A DNA stretch of 64,000 bases from Pseudomonas sp. (GCF_035497915.1 NZ_DATJCS010000012.1:62068-126067), one strand, 5' to 3'; shown: positions 54,301-64,000, numbered from the stretch's first letter. A program made the numbers and translations. Notes: a model not told the origin generated them from the letters alone.

Positions 54301-56067
54301 ATGGCAATCACCACCCTCACCGGCCTGGGTTCGGGTCTGGATATCAAGAACCTGGTTCCGGCGCTGATCGAAGCCGAAAGGGCGCCCAAGCAGGCGCAGA
54401 TCAAGAGCCAGATGCTCCGTAACGAGACCCAGCTGTCGGCCGTTGGCATGCTGAAAAGCGCGTTGGAAGCCTTTGAAACGTCATTGTTGAGCCTGAAATC
54501 CAGCTCCAAGTCGTTCGATGGCTACAAGGCCGCCTCGTCCAAGGAGGCGGTCGCCAATGTCACCCTGCAGCCCGTTGCTGCCAAGGCCTCAAAGGTGGCC
54601 AGTGCGCCCCTGGTCGATGGACACGATACGAGCTTTGCCAGCGGCGGCACGTTGAGCATCAGCATGGGTGGGAAAACCCATGATATTTCGATCGCCGCAG
54701 GAGCCACCCTCGCGGAGGTGACCACTGCCGTCAACACTCAGCTCGGTTCCCAGGGCATCACTGCCGGGATCGAGTTTGAGGCGGGGGAAGTACGCCTGGC
54801 CTTGCTCTCCAAGCAGACCGGGGCGGGCAATGATATTTCCGTGAGCGGGACGGGCGACCTGGCTCAGTTGAATGTGGATGGCTCGGTCGAAATGACCGCC
54901 TCGAGCGCCGGCTATATCACCCGCGCAGCCAATGCCATCAACGTGACCCAAGGCTCGTATGTGCTCAAGGTCGACAGCCTGGCATCGGCATCGAAGGTGG
55001 CCTCGGCAGTACAGCCGGATGGTGTCTCGACCCGGTACGCCTCCGGCGGTGAGCTGACCATCAAGGTGGGTGGCGGCACGCCTTACAAGATCACGGTTGC
55101 CGCGAACGCGACGCTGGATCAGATTCGCGATTCGATCAATAGCCAACTGTCCGCCGTGGGCGTCTCCGCCAGCATTATTTCCGACAGCAGCGGCGCACGT
55201 CTGGTGCTGTCGTCGGAGTTGACCGGGGCCGGTAACGATATTTCGCTGACGAGCACCGGTGCCGATCTGGCGACGCTGGATATCGACGGGACGCAGCAGC
55301 AAGCCGGGAGCGGCGCGGGATGGCTGACCCAGGCGAAGGATGCCAAATACTTTATCGATGGCCTGGAGATGAGCAGCAAGGGCAACACCATTACGGGTTT
55401 GCAGGGCCTTAGCATCAAGCTGCTGGAAGAGGGCACCACCACGCTGTCGGTGTCGACCAATGCCGATGGTATTGCTGCCTCGGTCGAATCCTTCGTGATG
55501 GCCTACAACACCCTGCTGACCGTCACCAACGGGCTGACCAAGGTCACCCAGACCACCGACAAGGATGGCAATCCGACTACTCAGGCCGGCGCGCTGGTGG
55601 CGGACTCGACGCTGCGCTCGATGATGTCGCAATTGCGAAGTGCGTTCGCGAATCCGGTGCAGGGCGCTGGAGATTTGAAGCTACTGACTCAGTTGGGCGT
55701 AAAGACCAGCCGGACGACCGGCATGCTGGAGCTGGACAGTGACCAACTGAAGAAGGCGGTTGCTGAAAACCCGGCCGCTATCAAGGACTTCTTCACCGGC
55801 AAGCAGGGCATGTTCGAGCGTATCGGAAATATCACTTCGGTGTACTCCGGAAAAGGCGGTCTGCTGGCCTCGCGGGAGGCCAGCTTGACGAAGAATACGG
55901 AACGCCTGGGCCTTGATCAGGCGAATCTGGATCGGCGCATCGAAAAGCTCACCCTGACCCTGTTTGCCAAGTTCAACGCCATGGACAGCCTGGTCGCGAG
56001 GCTCAACGCGACCAGCCAAAGTGTCATGGCCACGCTCAACGCGCTGAACAAGAAAAAAGACGACTGA
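54301..56067 (+). CDS. fliD: Filament cap FliD (588 aa, internally duplicated domain)
   Basis: GLGSGLDIKNLV, SAVGMLKSAL, C-terminal FNAMDSLVARLN. Confidence 0.95.
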   Translation: MAITTLTGLGSGLDIKNLVPALIEAERAPKQAQIKSQMLRNETQLSAVGMLKSALEAFETSLLSLKSSSKSFDGYKAASSKEAVANVTLQPVAAKASKVASAPLVDGHDTSFASGGTLSISMGGKTHDISIAAGATLAEVTTAVNTQLGSQGITAGIEFEAGEVRLALLSKQTGAGNDISVSGTGDLAQLNVDGSVEMTASSAGYITRAANAINVTQGSYVLKVDSLASASKVASAVQPDGVSTRYASGGELTIKVGGGTPYKITVAANATLDQIRDSINSQLSAVGVSASIISDSSGARLVLSSELTGAGNDISLTSTGADLATLDIDGTQQQAGSGAGWLTQAKDAKYFIDGLEMSSKGNTITGLQGLSIKLLEEGTTTLSVSTNADGIAASVESFVMAYNTLLTVTNGLTKVTQTTDKDGNPTTQAGALVADSTLRSMMSQLRSAFANPVQGAGDLKLLTQLGVKTSRTTGMLELDSDQLKKAVAENPAAIKDFFTGKQGMFERIGNITSVYSGKGGLLASREASLTKNTERLGLDQANLDRRIEKLTLTLFAKFNAMDSLVARLNATSQSVMATLNALNKKKDD

Positions 56068-56100
56068 TTGGTGCGTGCCTTTCCCAAGGAAAACGAGTTC

Positions 56101-56397
56101 ATGCAAGAAGCCATCGAGAAGCTGGAATTCACTCAGACTGCCCTGCGCGAGGCGCTCGAGCGCCAGGACTGGGACGCCATCGGCGAGCTGGATTCGCTGT
56201 GCCGTCAGGTTGTTGATGACGTGATGGCGCAGGGTGGCGCGGGCAATGCCGAGGTGCTTGCGCGCCTGGGCGAGCTGCTGGACCTGTATCGGGAAGTGCT
56301 GGAAGCCTGCGAGGCCGAAAAGCAGCAGGTGGGCGGCGAGCTGCGCCAGCTGCGCCAGGCCAGCAATGGCGTCAAGGCCTATCAGGCAGGCGAGTGA
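56101..56397 (+). CDS. fliT: Flagellar chaperone FliT (FleP-like)
   Basis: 98 aa with DWDAIGELD...LLDLYR..., typical of Pseudomonas FliT/FleP. Confidence 0.8.
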   Translation: MQEAIEKLEFTQTALREALERQDWDAIGELDSLCRQVVDDVMAQGGAGNAEVLARLGELLDLYREVLEACEAEKQQVGGELRQLRQASNGVKAYQAGE

Positions 56398-56444
56398 TGC
56401 CGGCGAGCTTGCCGTAGCCCCGACGGGCTGTTCTGTTTTCTTAC

Positions 56445-56483
56445 AACGCCACCTCCGCTCGCGGCTGTGTGGCGTTTTTATTT
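56445..56483 (+). terminator. Terminator-like hairpin between fliT and maf
   Basis: AACGCCAC/GTGGCGTT stem with inner CCGC/GCGG, followed by TTTATTT. Confidence 0.6.
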
Positions 56484-56511
56484 GTGGTTGATGTGCGCCG
56501 GAGTCGATGCG

Positions 56512-57810
56512 ATGGGCGAGTTCTTTGAAGTCAACGCCGCGGTTATTCGCGCGCGCTGGCCGGCGTTGCTGGACAGCGTGCTGCAGGAAGACCTGACAGC
56601 GCTGCAGGCCGACACGGATCTGCTGCAGGGCCTGGAAGCCACGCTGCGCATCGCCGGCATCCAGCTCACCAGTCGCCATGGCCGGGCGGCCGAAGCCAGG
56701 CTGCAGGCGCAAAGCCTGCCGCAGGACAGTCCGGTTGTGACGGTCTATGGCTGTGGCCTGGGCGATCTGCAGCGCGAGCTACTGCAACGCGACTGCCTGC
56801 GCCAGCTGCGCGTGCGCATCCTTAATCTGGGGCTGTTCGCCCTGGTCCTGCATCTGATGGACCAGAGCGACTGGCTCGCCGACCCGCGAGTGGATCTTGA
56901 TCAGGCCGGTCGTGAGCCGAAACTGGTTCCGCCGCTCTTTGCGCTGCCGTCCGAGCTGCTGCTGGCGGACAACTTCAATGCCCGCTCCCGGGATCTGCTG
57001 GTGCGCTACATCCAGCAGGACTTCGTGAACCGTGCCTTTGATCCGCGGGATCCGTTCTGGCGCGAGCGGGTGAATGGCAACCTCGATCTGCTGCGGGAAG
57101 ATGCTGACGTGGCCGAGCTGTTTGGCTCTCAGCGGGGCCGCGAGGTGTTCGTGATCGCCACCGGGCCGACGCTGGAGCGCCACCTCGACCGTTTGCGGCG
57201 GCTGCGCGCCCAGACGCAGCGGCCGCTGTTCGTCGTGGTGGATACCGCCCTGAGGCCGTTGCTCGCCCAGGGCATCCGTCCGGATCTGGTGGTGAGCATC
57301 GATGCGAATATCCAGGACCGGCATCTGCTCACCGCGCAGTCCGCCGGGATGGGGCTGGTGTACTTCCCGCTGCTGGCCAACGAGCTGTTGCAGGCCTGGC
57401 GGGGCAAACGCTATGCCGCCTATTCGGCCAGCCGGCTATACGCCGCCGCCCGCCGGCAGGTCGACAAAGCGGTGCTGTATTCCGCCGGCAGTGTGATTCA
57501 TCCGGCGCTGGATCTGGCGGTGCGCATGGGTGCCACCCGCGTGACGCTGTTTGGCGCGGATTTCTCCTACCCCGGCGACAAGACCCATGCGGGCTGGGAC
57601 GATGGGGTGCTTGGCCAGGGATTTTCCTGTGCACGGCACTGGGTGATCAACGGGCATGGCGAACGGGTCAGGACCCAGTTGAACTTCCGCTCCTATCTAT
57701 ATGGCATCAGCGAATACATTGCGGCACATCCCGAAGTGATGTTTCTCAATACCAGCAAGGACGGCGCATTGATCGAAGGCGCAAGCTTTCATCCGGAGTT
57801 CGTATCGTGA
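56512..57810 (+). CDS. Motility-associated factor Maf (DUF115/MptE-like), putative flagellin glycosyltransferase
   Basis: N-terminal VYGCGLG; core VIATGPTL...VVDTAL..L.AQGIRPDLVVSID...SVIHPALDLAVRMG...LFGADFSY; flagellin-locus context. Confidence 0.82.
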   Translation: MGEFFEVNAAVIRARWPALLDSVLQEDLTALQADTDLLQGLEATLRIAGIQLTSRHGRAAEARLQAQSLPQDSPVVTVYGCGLGDLQRELLQRDCLRQLRVRILNLGLFALVLHLMDQSDWLADPRVDLDQAGREPKLVPPLFALPSELLLADNFNARSRDLLVRYIQQDFVNRAFDPRDPFWRERVNGNLDLLREDADVAELFGSQRGREVFVIATGPTLERHLDRLRRLRAQTQRPLFVVVDTALRPLLAQGIRPDLVVSIDANIQDRHLLTAQSAGMGLVYFPLLANELLQAWRGKRYAAYSASRLYAAARRQVDKAVLYSAGSVIHPALDLAVRMGATRVTLFGADFSYPGDKTHAGWDDGVLGQGFSCARHWVINGHGERVRTQLNFRSYLYGISEYIAAHPEVMFLNTSKDGALIEGASFHPEFVS

Positions 57811-58070
57811 CCCAGGTTGCCGAGCTGAAGCGGGAAGCCCTGCGTATCGCCCATCTGCTGCGTCTGGGGCAGGAGGTGCAGGCGCAACTCGATATGGTCG
57901 CCCTGGCTGAGCGGCTGCTGGGTTTCGCCAGCGGCGAGCGGGGAGGGGAAGTGGCCGCGTGGGTGGACTGGATCGGCCGGGCGACGGCCTGCCAGGAAGC
58001 GCAGGACTGGCTGGGGCTGGCGGACTATCTGGAATACGAGTTGCAGGAGCTGTTCGACCACGCCGTCTAA
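57807..58070 (+). CDS. Hypothetical 87-aa helical protein translationally coupled to maf
   Basis: GTGA start/stop overlap with maf; DWLGLADYLEYEL motif. Confidence 0.75.
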   Translation: MTQVAELKREALRIAHLLRLGQEVQAQLDMVALAERLLGFASGERGGEVAAWVDWIGRATACQEAQDWLGLADYLEYELQELFDHAV

Positions 58071-58094
58071 AGCTTCCCGTGGCCCGGTCGATAT
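58068..58094 (+). promoter_or_regulatory. sigma28 promoter of fliS
   Basis: TAAA-N15-GTCGATAT; the -35 TAAA includes the TAA stop of the upstream gene. Confidence 0.75.
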
Positions 58095-58129
58095 AGAACG
58101 CAGGTTTTACGGTTATCTTTCTGGAGTCG

Positions 58130-58528
58130 ATGCGCATGTATTCCCGTTCCGCCCTTCAGCAGTACCAGCAGGTCAACGCCCATGCGCAGGTGTCCGAGGC
58201 CAGTCCGCATCGTCTGATCCAGATGCTGCAGGCCGGCGCGCTGGACCGCATCGCCCAGGCCCAGGGCGCCATGTCCCGTGGCCAGACCGAGATGAAAGGC
58301 ATGCTGATCGGCAAGGCCATCGACATCATCGGCGGGCTGCGCGAGGGGCTGAACCTGGAAGCCGGTGGCGAGCTGGCCGCCAACTACGATCGCCTGTACG
58401 ACTACATGGCGCGCCGGCTGATCGAGGCCAACCGCAAGAATGATGCGCGCATCCTCGACGAGGTCGCCGGATTGATGCGTGAGTTGAAGGCCGGCTGGGA
58501 TGGCATCGGCGCGCAGCTGACCAAGTGA
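58130..58528 (+). CDS. fliS: Flagellin export chaperone FliS (start may be 58136)
   Basis: ASPHRLIQML, LAANYDRLYDYM, ELKAGWD. Confidence 0.95.
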   Translation: MRMYSRSALQQYQQVNAHAQVSEASPHRLIQMLQAGALDRIAQAQGAMSRGQTEMKGMLIGKAIDIIGGLREGLNLEAGGELAANYDRLYDYMARRLIEANRKNDARILDEVAGLMRELKAGWDGIGAQLTK

Positions 58529-58534
58529 AATATC

Positions 58535-58560
58535 AACCCCGCTTCGGCGGGGTTTTTCTT
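58535..58560 (+). terminator. Terminator after fliS
   Basis: AACCCCGC-TTCG-GCGGGGTT plus T-run. Confidence 0.88.
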
Positions 58561-58776
58561 GGCGCCGAGTACTTAACACTCGAAGTGTTAAGGGTGTCAC
58601 ACTTTGTTGAGTCAGCTTTCTGGCATTTTTTGATCTGTGACAGGACCGTTAGACAAAAGTCGTTTTGGTCAGTCAGGAAATTGACTTGAGACAGTCTTTT
58701 GACTTTAAATGGCCGCCATCCTGCCATCGGCCCTTTGGGGTCAAATGTAAAAAGAACTCCAGGCCAGAAGTCAGAC

Positions 58777-60246
<1,470 letters not shown>

Positions 60247-60253
60247 AGGTTTT

Positions 60254-60390
60254 CCCCTCTCCCGCAAGGGGAGAGGGCGTCGCGGCTAAAGCCCCTCCCA
60301 CAAAGCGAAAGCCTGCACCTGTAGGAGCGACTTCAGTCGCGAGCTTTTGTGCGGCCTGCATGAAAAGCTCGCGGACGAGTCCGCTCCCAC
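60254..60390. repeat. REP cluster with CCCCTCTCCC...GGGGAGAGGG hairpin
   Basis: REPs at 60280-60301, 60321-60342 and 60369-60390 between convergent fleQ and uraA. Confidence 0.88.
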
Positions 60391-60399
60391 CAATGCAGC

Positions 60400-61650
60400 T
60401 TATGCCTGATCCAGCGCCTTGCCCTTCCAGCCCTGGCCGCCCGGCAGCAGCAGGTTGAGCAGCAGGGCGGTCAGCGCGGCCAGGGAAATGCCGGATAGCG
60501 CGAACGCCGGCGTTCCCAATTTCATGCCACCAATGCCGAACACCAGGGTCACCGAGACGATGATCAGGTTGCGCGGCTGGGACAGATCCACCTGGTTGCG
60601 AATCAGGGTATTCAGGCCGACCACGGCGATCGAGCCGAACAGCAGGCAGAGGATGCCGCCCATCACCGGGGCGGGAATGCTCTGCAGCGCCGCGCCGAAC
60701 TTGCCGACGAAGGCCATCAGGATCGCGAACACGGCCGCCCAGGTCATGACCTTCGGGTTGTAGTTCTTGGTCAGCATCACCGCGCCGGTGACTTCCGCAT
60801 AGGTGGTGTTCGGCGGGCCGCCGAAGAAACCGGCCGCCGAGGTCGCCAGGCCGTCACCCAGCAGGGTGCGATGCAGGCCGGGCTTCTGGATGAAGTTCTT
60901 GCCGGTCACCGAGCCGATGGCCACCACGCCGCCGATGTGTTCGATGGCCGGTGCCAGTGCCACCGGCAGCATGTAGAGGATGGCCCCCCAGTGGAATTCC
61001 GGCGCGACGAAGTTCGGCAGGGCCAGCCAGGGCGCGGCGGCAATGCCGGAGGTGTCGATGATGCCGAAGGCGGCGGACAGGGCGCAGCCGACCACGATGC
61101 CGGCCAGGATCGGCACCAGGCGGAACAGTCCGCGTCCCAGCGTGGCGACGAGAAGCGTGGCAACCAGCGAGCTCATCGAGATGATGATGGCGGTGGTGTA
61201 CGAAATGGCGTTGTCGCCGCTGCCGCCCATGGCCATGCCCACTGCGACCGGCGACAGCGCCAGGCCGATGGAGATGATCACCGGGGCGATGACCACCGGC
61301 GGCAGCAGGCGGTCGATGAAGCCGGCGCCGCGCAGTTTCACCGCCAGGCTCATCAGGATGTAGACGACGCCGGCGGCGATGATGCCGCCCAGCACCGCAG
61401 GCAGGCCGACTTCGCCCTTGATGGCCATGATCGGCGCGATGAAGGCGAAGCTCGATGCCAGGAAAACCGGCACTTCCCGGCGGGTCACCAGTTGGAACAG
61501 CAGGGTGCCGATGCCGGCGGTGAACAGCGCCACGTTGGGGTCCATGCCGGTCAGCAGCGGCATCAGTACCAGGGCGCCGAAGGCCACGAACAGCATCTGC
61601 GCGCCGGCGATTCCCTGGCGCAAGATCGGGTCCTTGTGGGTGTCGCTCAT
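60400..61650 (-). CDS. uraA: Uracil/xanthine (NCS2) permease UraA
   Basis: QMLFVAFG, PPNTTYAEVTGAV, GGILCLLFG. Confidence 0.94.
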   Translation of the reverse strand: MSDTHKDPILRQGIAGAQMLFVAFGALVLMPLLTGMDPNVALFTAGIGTLLFQLVTRREVPVFLASSFAFIAPIMAIKGEVGLPAVLGGIIAAGVVYILMSLAVKLRGAGFIDRLLPPVVIAPVIISIGLALSPVAVGMAMGGSGDNAISYTTAIIISMSSLVATLLVATLGRGLFRLVPILAGIVVGCALSAAFGIIDTSGIAAAPWLALPNFVAPEFHWGAILYMLPVALAPAIEHIGGVVAIGSVTGKNFIQKPGLHRTLLGDGLATSAAGFFGGPPNTTYAEVTGAVMLTKNYNPKVMTWAAVFAILMAFVGKFGAALQSIPAPVMGGILCLLFGSIAVVGLNTLIRNQVDLSQPRNLIIVSVTLVFGIGGMKLGTPAFALSGISLAALTALLLNLLLPGGQGWKGKALDQA

Positions 61651-61652
61651 GC

Positions 61653-62291
61653 TCAGCTGTCCTTCTGCTTGGTGCCGAAGATCTTGTCGCCGGCATCACC
61701 GAGGCCGGGAATGATGTAGCCGTGTTCATTCAGCCCCTGGTCGATGGAGGCGGTGTAGATCTGCACGTCCGGGTGGGACTGCTCCACTGCCGCGATGCCT
61801 TCCGGCGCGGCGACCAGCACCATGGCGCGAATTTCCTTGCAGCCGGCCTTCTTCAGCAGGTCGATGGTGGCGACCATAGAGCCGCCGGTGGCCAGCATGG
61901 GATCGATGATCAGCGCCAGGCGCTCGTCGATTTCCGGCGCCAGTTTTTCCAGATAGGTATGCGCCTGCAGGGTTTCCTCGTTGCGGGCAATGCCCACGGC
62001 GCTCACCTTGGCGCTGGGAATCAGCTGCAGCACGCCATCCAGCATGCCGATGCCGGCGCGCAGGATCGGCACCACGGTGATCTTCTTGCCGGCAATCTTC
62101 TCGACGGTGACCGTGCCGTTCCAACCCTGAATCTCGTAGTTCTCCAGGGGCAGGTCATTGGTGGCCTCGTAGGTGAGCAGGGCGCCCACTTCCTGGGCAA
62201 GCTCACGGAAGTTCTTGGTGCTGATGTCGGCCCGGCGCATCAGGCCGAGCTTGTGGCGGATCAGCGGATGGCGGATCTCTCGGATGGGCAT
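61653..62291 (-). CDS. upp: Uracil phosphoribosyltransferase
   Basis: [32 protein letters not shown]. Confidence 0.97.
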   Translation of the reverse strand: MPIREIRHPLIRHKLGLMRRADISTKNFRELAQEVGALLTYEATNDLPLENYEIQGWNGTVTVEKIAGKKITVVPILRAGIGMLDGVLQLIPSAKVSAVGIARNEETLQAHTYLEKLAPEIDERLALIIDPMLATGGSMVATIDLLKKAGCKEIRAMVLVAAPEGIAAVEQSHPDVQIYTASIDQGLNEHGYIIPGLGDAGDKIFGTKQKDS

Positions 62292-62316
62292 GGAGGTTCT
62301 CCGGCAGGGGGGCGGG

Positions 62317-62336
62317 CAAAAAATCGCGCTAGGTTA
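62317..62336 (-). promoter_or_regulatory. upp -10 element with GA-T6 initially transcribed region
   Basis: Minus strand reads TAACCT-AGCGC-GATTTTTTG. Confidence 0.6.
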
Positions 62337-62500
62337 AAGCAAATAGCATGCACATATCAGCAAAAAGGTTAATTGCCAGCGTTGCTTAGGGGCGGGCCGG
62401 TTCGCGATGCCGGACAGCCCCGAGACTTGCCTGATGGCGGCCTGGGGCATACCTTTCGCGCTTTGTTTTCGCCGTGTCCCAGCAGCAAGAGGATCTTCCC

Positions 62501-63055
62501 ATGCCCGAACTCGCCCACATTCGCCAGGTGATGGCCGAAGCCGACTGTCTCTACAGCAATGCGCAAATCGAGGCCGCCATCAGCCGCGTGGCCGAGGACA
62601 TCAATGCCAGTCTGGCCGAGCGCAATCCGGTGGTGTTCTGTGTGATGAACGGCGGCCTGATCTTTGCCGGCAAGCTGCTGACCCAGTTGGACTTCCCGCT
62701 GGAGCTGTCCTATCTGCACGCCACCCGCTATCGCAACGAAACCACCGGTGGCGAGCTGTTCTGGAAGGCCAAGCCGGAAGTGTCCTTCATGGATCGGGAC
62801 GTGCTGATCATCGACGACATCCTCGACGAAGGGCATACCCTGGCGGCGATCATCGACTTCTGCCGGCATGCCGGTGCCCGTCAGGTGCACACCGCCGTGC
62901 TGATCGACAAGGTCCATGACCGCAAGGCCCGCCCGGACTTCCGGGCCGACTTCGTCGGCCTGCCCTGCGAGGATCGCTATATCTTCGGCTACGGCATGGA
63001 CTACAAGGGTTACTGGCGCAACGCCGCCGGCATCTACGCCGTCAAGGGGCTGTAA
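62501..63055 (+). CDS. hpt: Hypoxanthine-guanine phosphoribosyltransferase
   Basis: VMNGGLIF, VLIIDDILDEGHTL, YIFGYGMD; divergent from upp. Confidence 0.92.
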   Translation: MPELAHIRQVMAEADCLYSNAQIEAAISRVAEDINASLAERNPVVFCVMNGGLIFAGKLLTQLDFPLELSYLHATRYRNETTGGELFWKAKPEVSFMDRDVLIIDDILDEGHTLAAIIDFCRHAGARQVHTAVLIDKVHDRKARPDFRADFVGLPCEDRYIFGYGMDYKGYWRNAAGIYAVKGL

Positions 63056-63084
63056 ACAGCTCCAGTCCCCAGTCTGCGGAACCT

Positions 63085-63151
63085 GTAGGGCCGGGTTTAT
63101 CCCGGCCAAAGGCCGGCGTCAGCCGGCCCTAAGCTCAGAGCTCAGCCCTAC
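63085..63151. repeat. REP doublet (GTAGGGCCGGGTTTATCCCGGCC class)
   Basis: Matches 43694-43716; the right end overlaps the acylase stop codon. Confidence 0.82.
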
Positions 63152-64000
63152 GGCAGCAGCCAGAGTCGCTGTTCCCCATACACCCGCGCCTGGTTTTCCT
63201 CGCGGAAGGGAAACACCTGGTAATCGCCCTCCAGCCAGGCCTGAATGCCATCGGCGTAGTGGGGGCTGGCGGGGTTGCCGGATTGTCCGCTGCTGTTGAG
63301 GCCGCGCATCGGTTCGTCCGCCGCGAAATCCACGACGATGCGCATGGCCGGGATCAGCCAGGTGTCGAAGGATTCTCCCCAGCGATAGGCCGCCACGTTC
63401 AGGGTGCTGTGGTCGCCACCGGCCGGGTAGGGGCCGCGATCCACATAGCCGCCGAGCGCCTTCAGACCGTAGCGTTGGGTGAAGCCCAGGTAGGGGGCCA
63501 GCTTGCTGCCATCGGTCACCCAGTGATAGCGGTGCAGGGCAGCCCAGCGCCAGGCCGTGCGGTCATGGCCCAGGCGCTGCTCCAGCAGCGCGGTGGCGGC
63601 CGCCAGGCTGCGTGCCAGGATGGCGGGCTTGTCTTCCTTGTCCGGGGTGTTCACGTCGTCCCAGAAGGGACTGTCGTCGCGCCCCAGCAGATGATCGGCC
63701 TGGGCCGAGTAGGACGTGTTGGCGGCCTGCACCAGCGCCTGCCAGGCCGGGTCCTGCTCCGGTCCCAGTTCGTCGAGGAAGATCTGGCGCGCGCTTTCAT
63801 GCAGGAAGGCCGCGTAGAGCGCGGCATCCGCCGACTCGGCCGTCAGCTCGCCGTCGAAGGCCAGCAGGCGCGCCAGGGCTTCCCGCGCACGGGCTTGTTC
63901 GGCGGATGCCAACGCGGTGATGGCCTGCTCCAGGGCTGCGGCCAGGGTCGGCGCGCGCAACATGGCTTGCAGTTTGGTGACGAACGGACTGGTCTGGTCG
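63148..64000 (-). CDS. Penicillin acylase/AHL acylase family (QuiP/PvdQ-like) protein, C-terminal part only
   Basis: [39 protein letters not shown]. Confidence 0.88.
   Translation of the reverse strand, partial: DQTSPFVTKLQAMLRAPTLAAALEQAITALASAEQARAREALARLLAFDGELTAESADAALYAAFLHESARQIFLDELGPEQDPAWQALVQAANTSYSAQADHLLGRDDSPFWDDVNTPDKEDKPAILARSLAAATALLEQRLGHDRTAWRWAALHRYHWVTDGSKLAPYLGFTQRYGLKALGGYVDRGPYPAGGDHSTLNVAAYRWGESFDTWLIPAMRIVVDFAADEPMRGLNSSGQSGNPASPHYADGIQAWLEGDYQVFPFREENQARVYGEQRLWLLP

Noticed and set aside
56512-57810. Phase-variable poly-G tract in maf, as in Campylobacter
   Set aside because: I saw no long homopolymer run in the gene.

Overview
GC-rich Pseudomonas-like (Pseudomonadaceae) chromosomal window made mostly of core genes. 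In order: a truncated Fur-type TonB-dependent receptor, SIMPL-roxSR-AEC transporter, RDD/cold-shock/tRNA-Leu(CAA), the conserved queA-tgt-yajC-secDF-suhB-trmJ-cysE-isc-hsc-ndk-rlmN-pilW-rodZ-ispG-hisS-yfgM-bamB-der block, EamA/endA, tRNA-Ala/Glu-eda-thioesterase-dusC, a membrane sulfatase/pEtN-transferase-like gene, a flagellar cluster (flgB-L, fliC, flaG, fliD, fliT, maf, hypothetical, fliS, fleQ), uraA-upp/hpt and the 3' end of a penicillin-acylase-family gene. I found no transposase, integrase, prophage, CRISPR or defence system; many GTAG-family REP elements fill the intergenic spaces. The most unusual region is the end of the flagellar cluster. fliT and fliS are swapped relative to the order I recall for P. 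aeruginosa, and a Maf (DUF115) flagellin glycosyltransferase plus an 87-aa helical partner sit between them. FliD has a duplicated ~134-aa domain, flgL-fliC has no glycosylation island, and fleSR does not follow fleQ. Regulatory signals worth testing include an E. coli-like UTP-sensing reiterative-transcription start at upp and a RegA/RoxR-type palindrome in the roxS promoter. All product calls come from recognising the translated sequence by eye; no database search was run.
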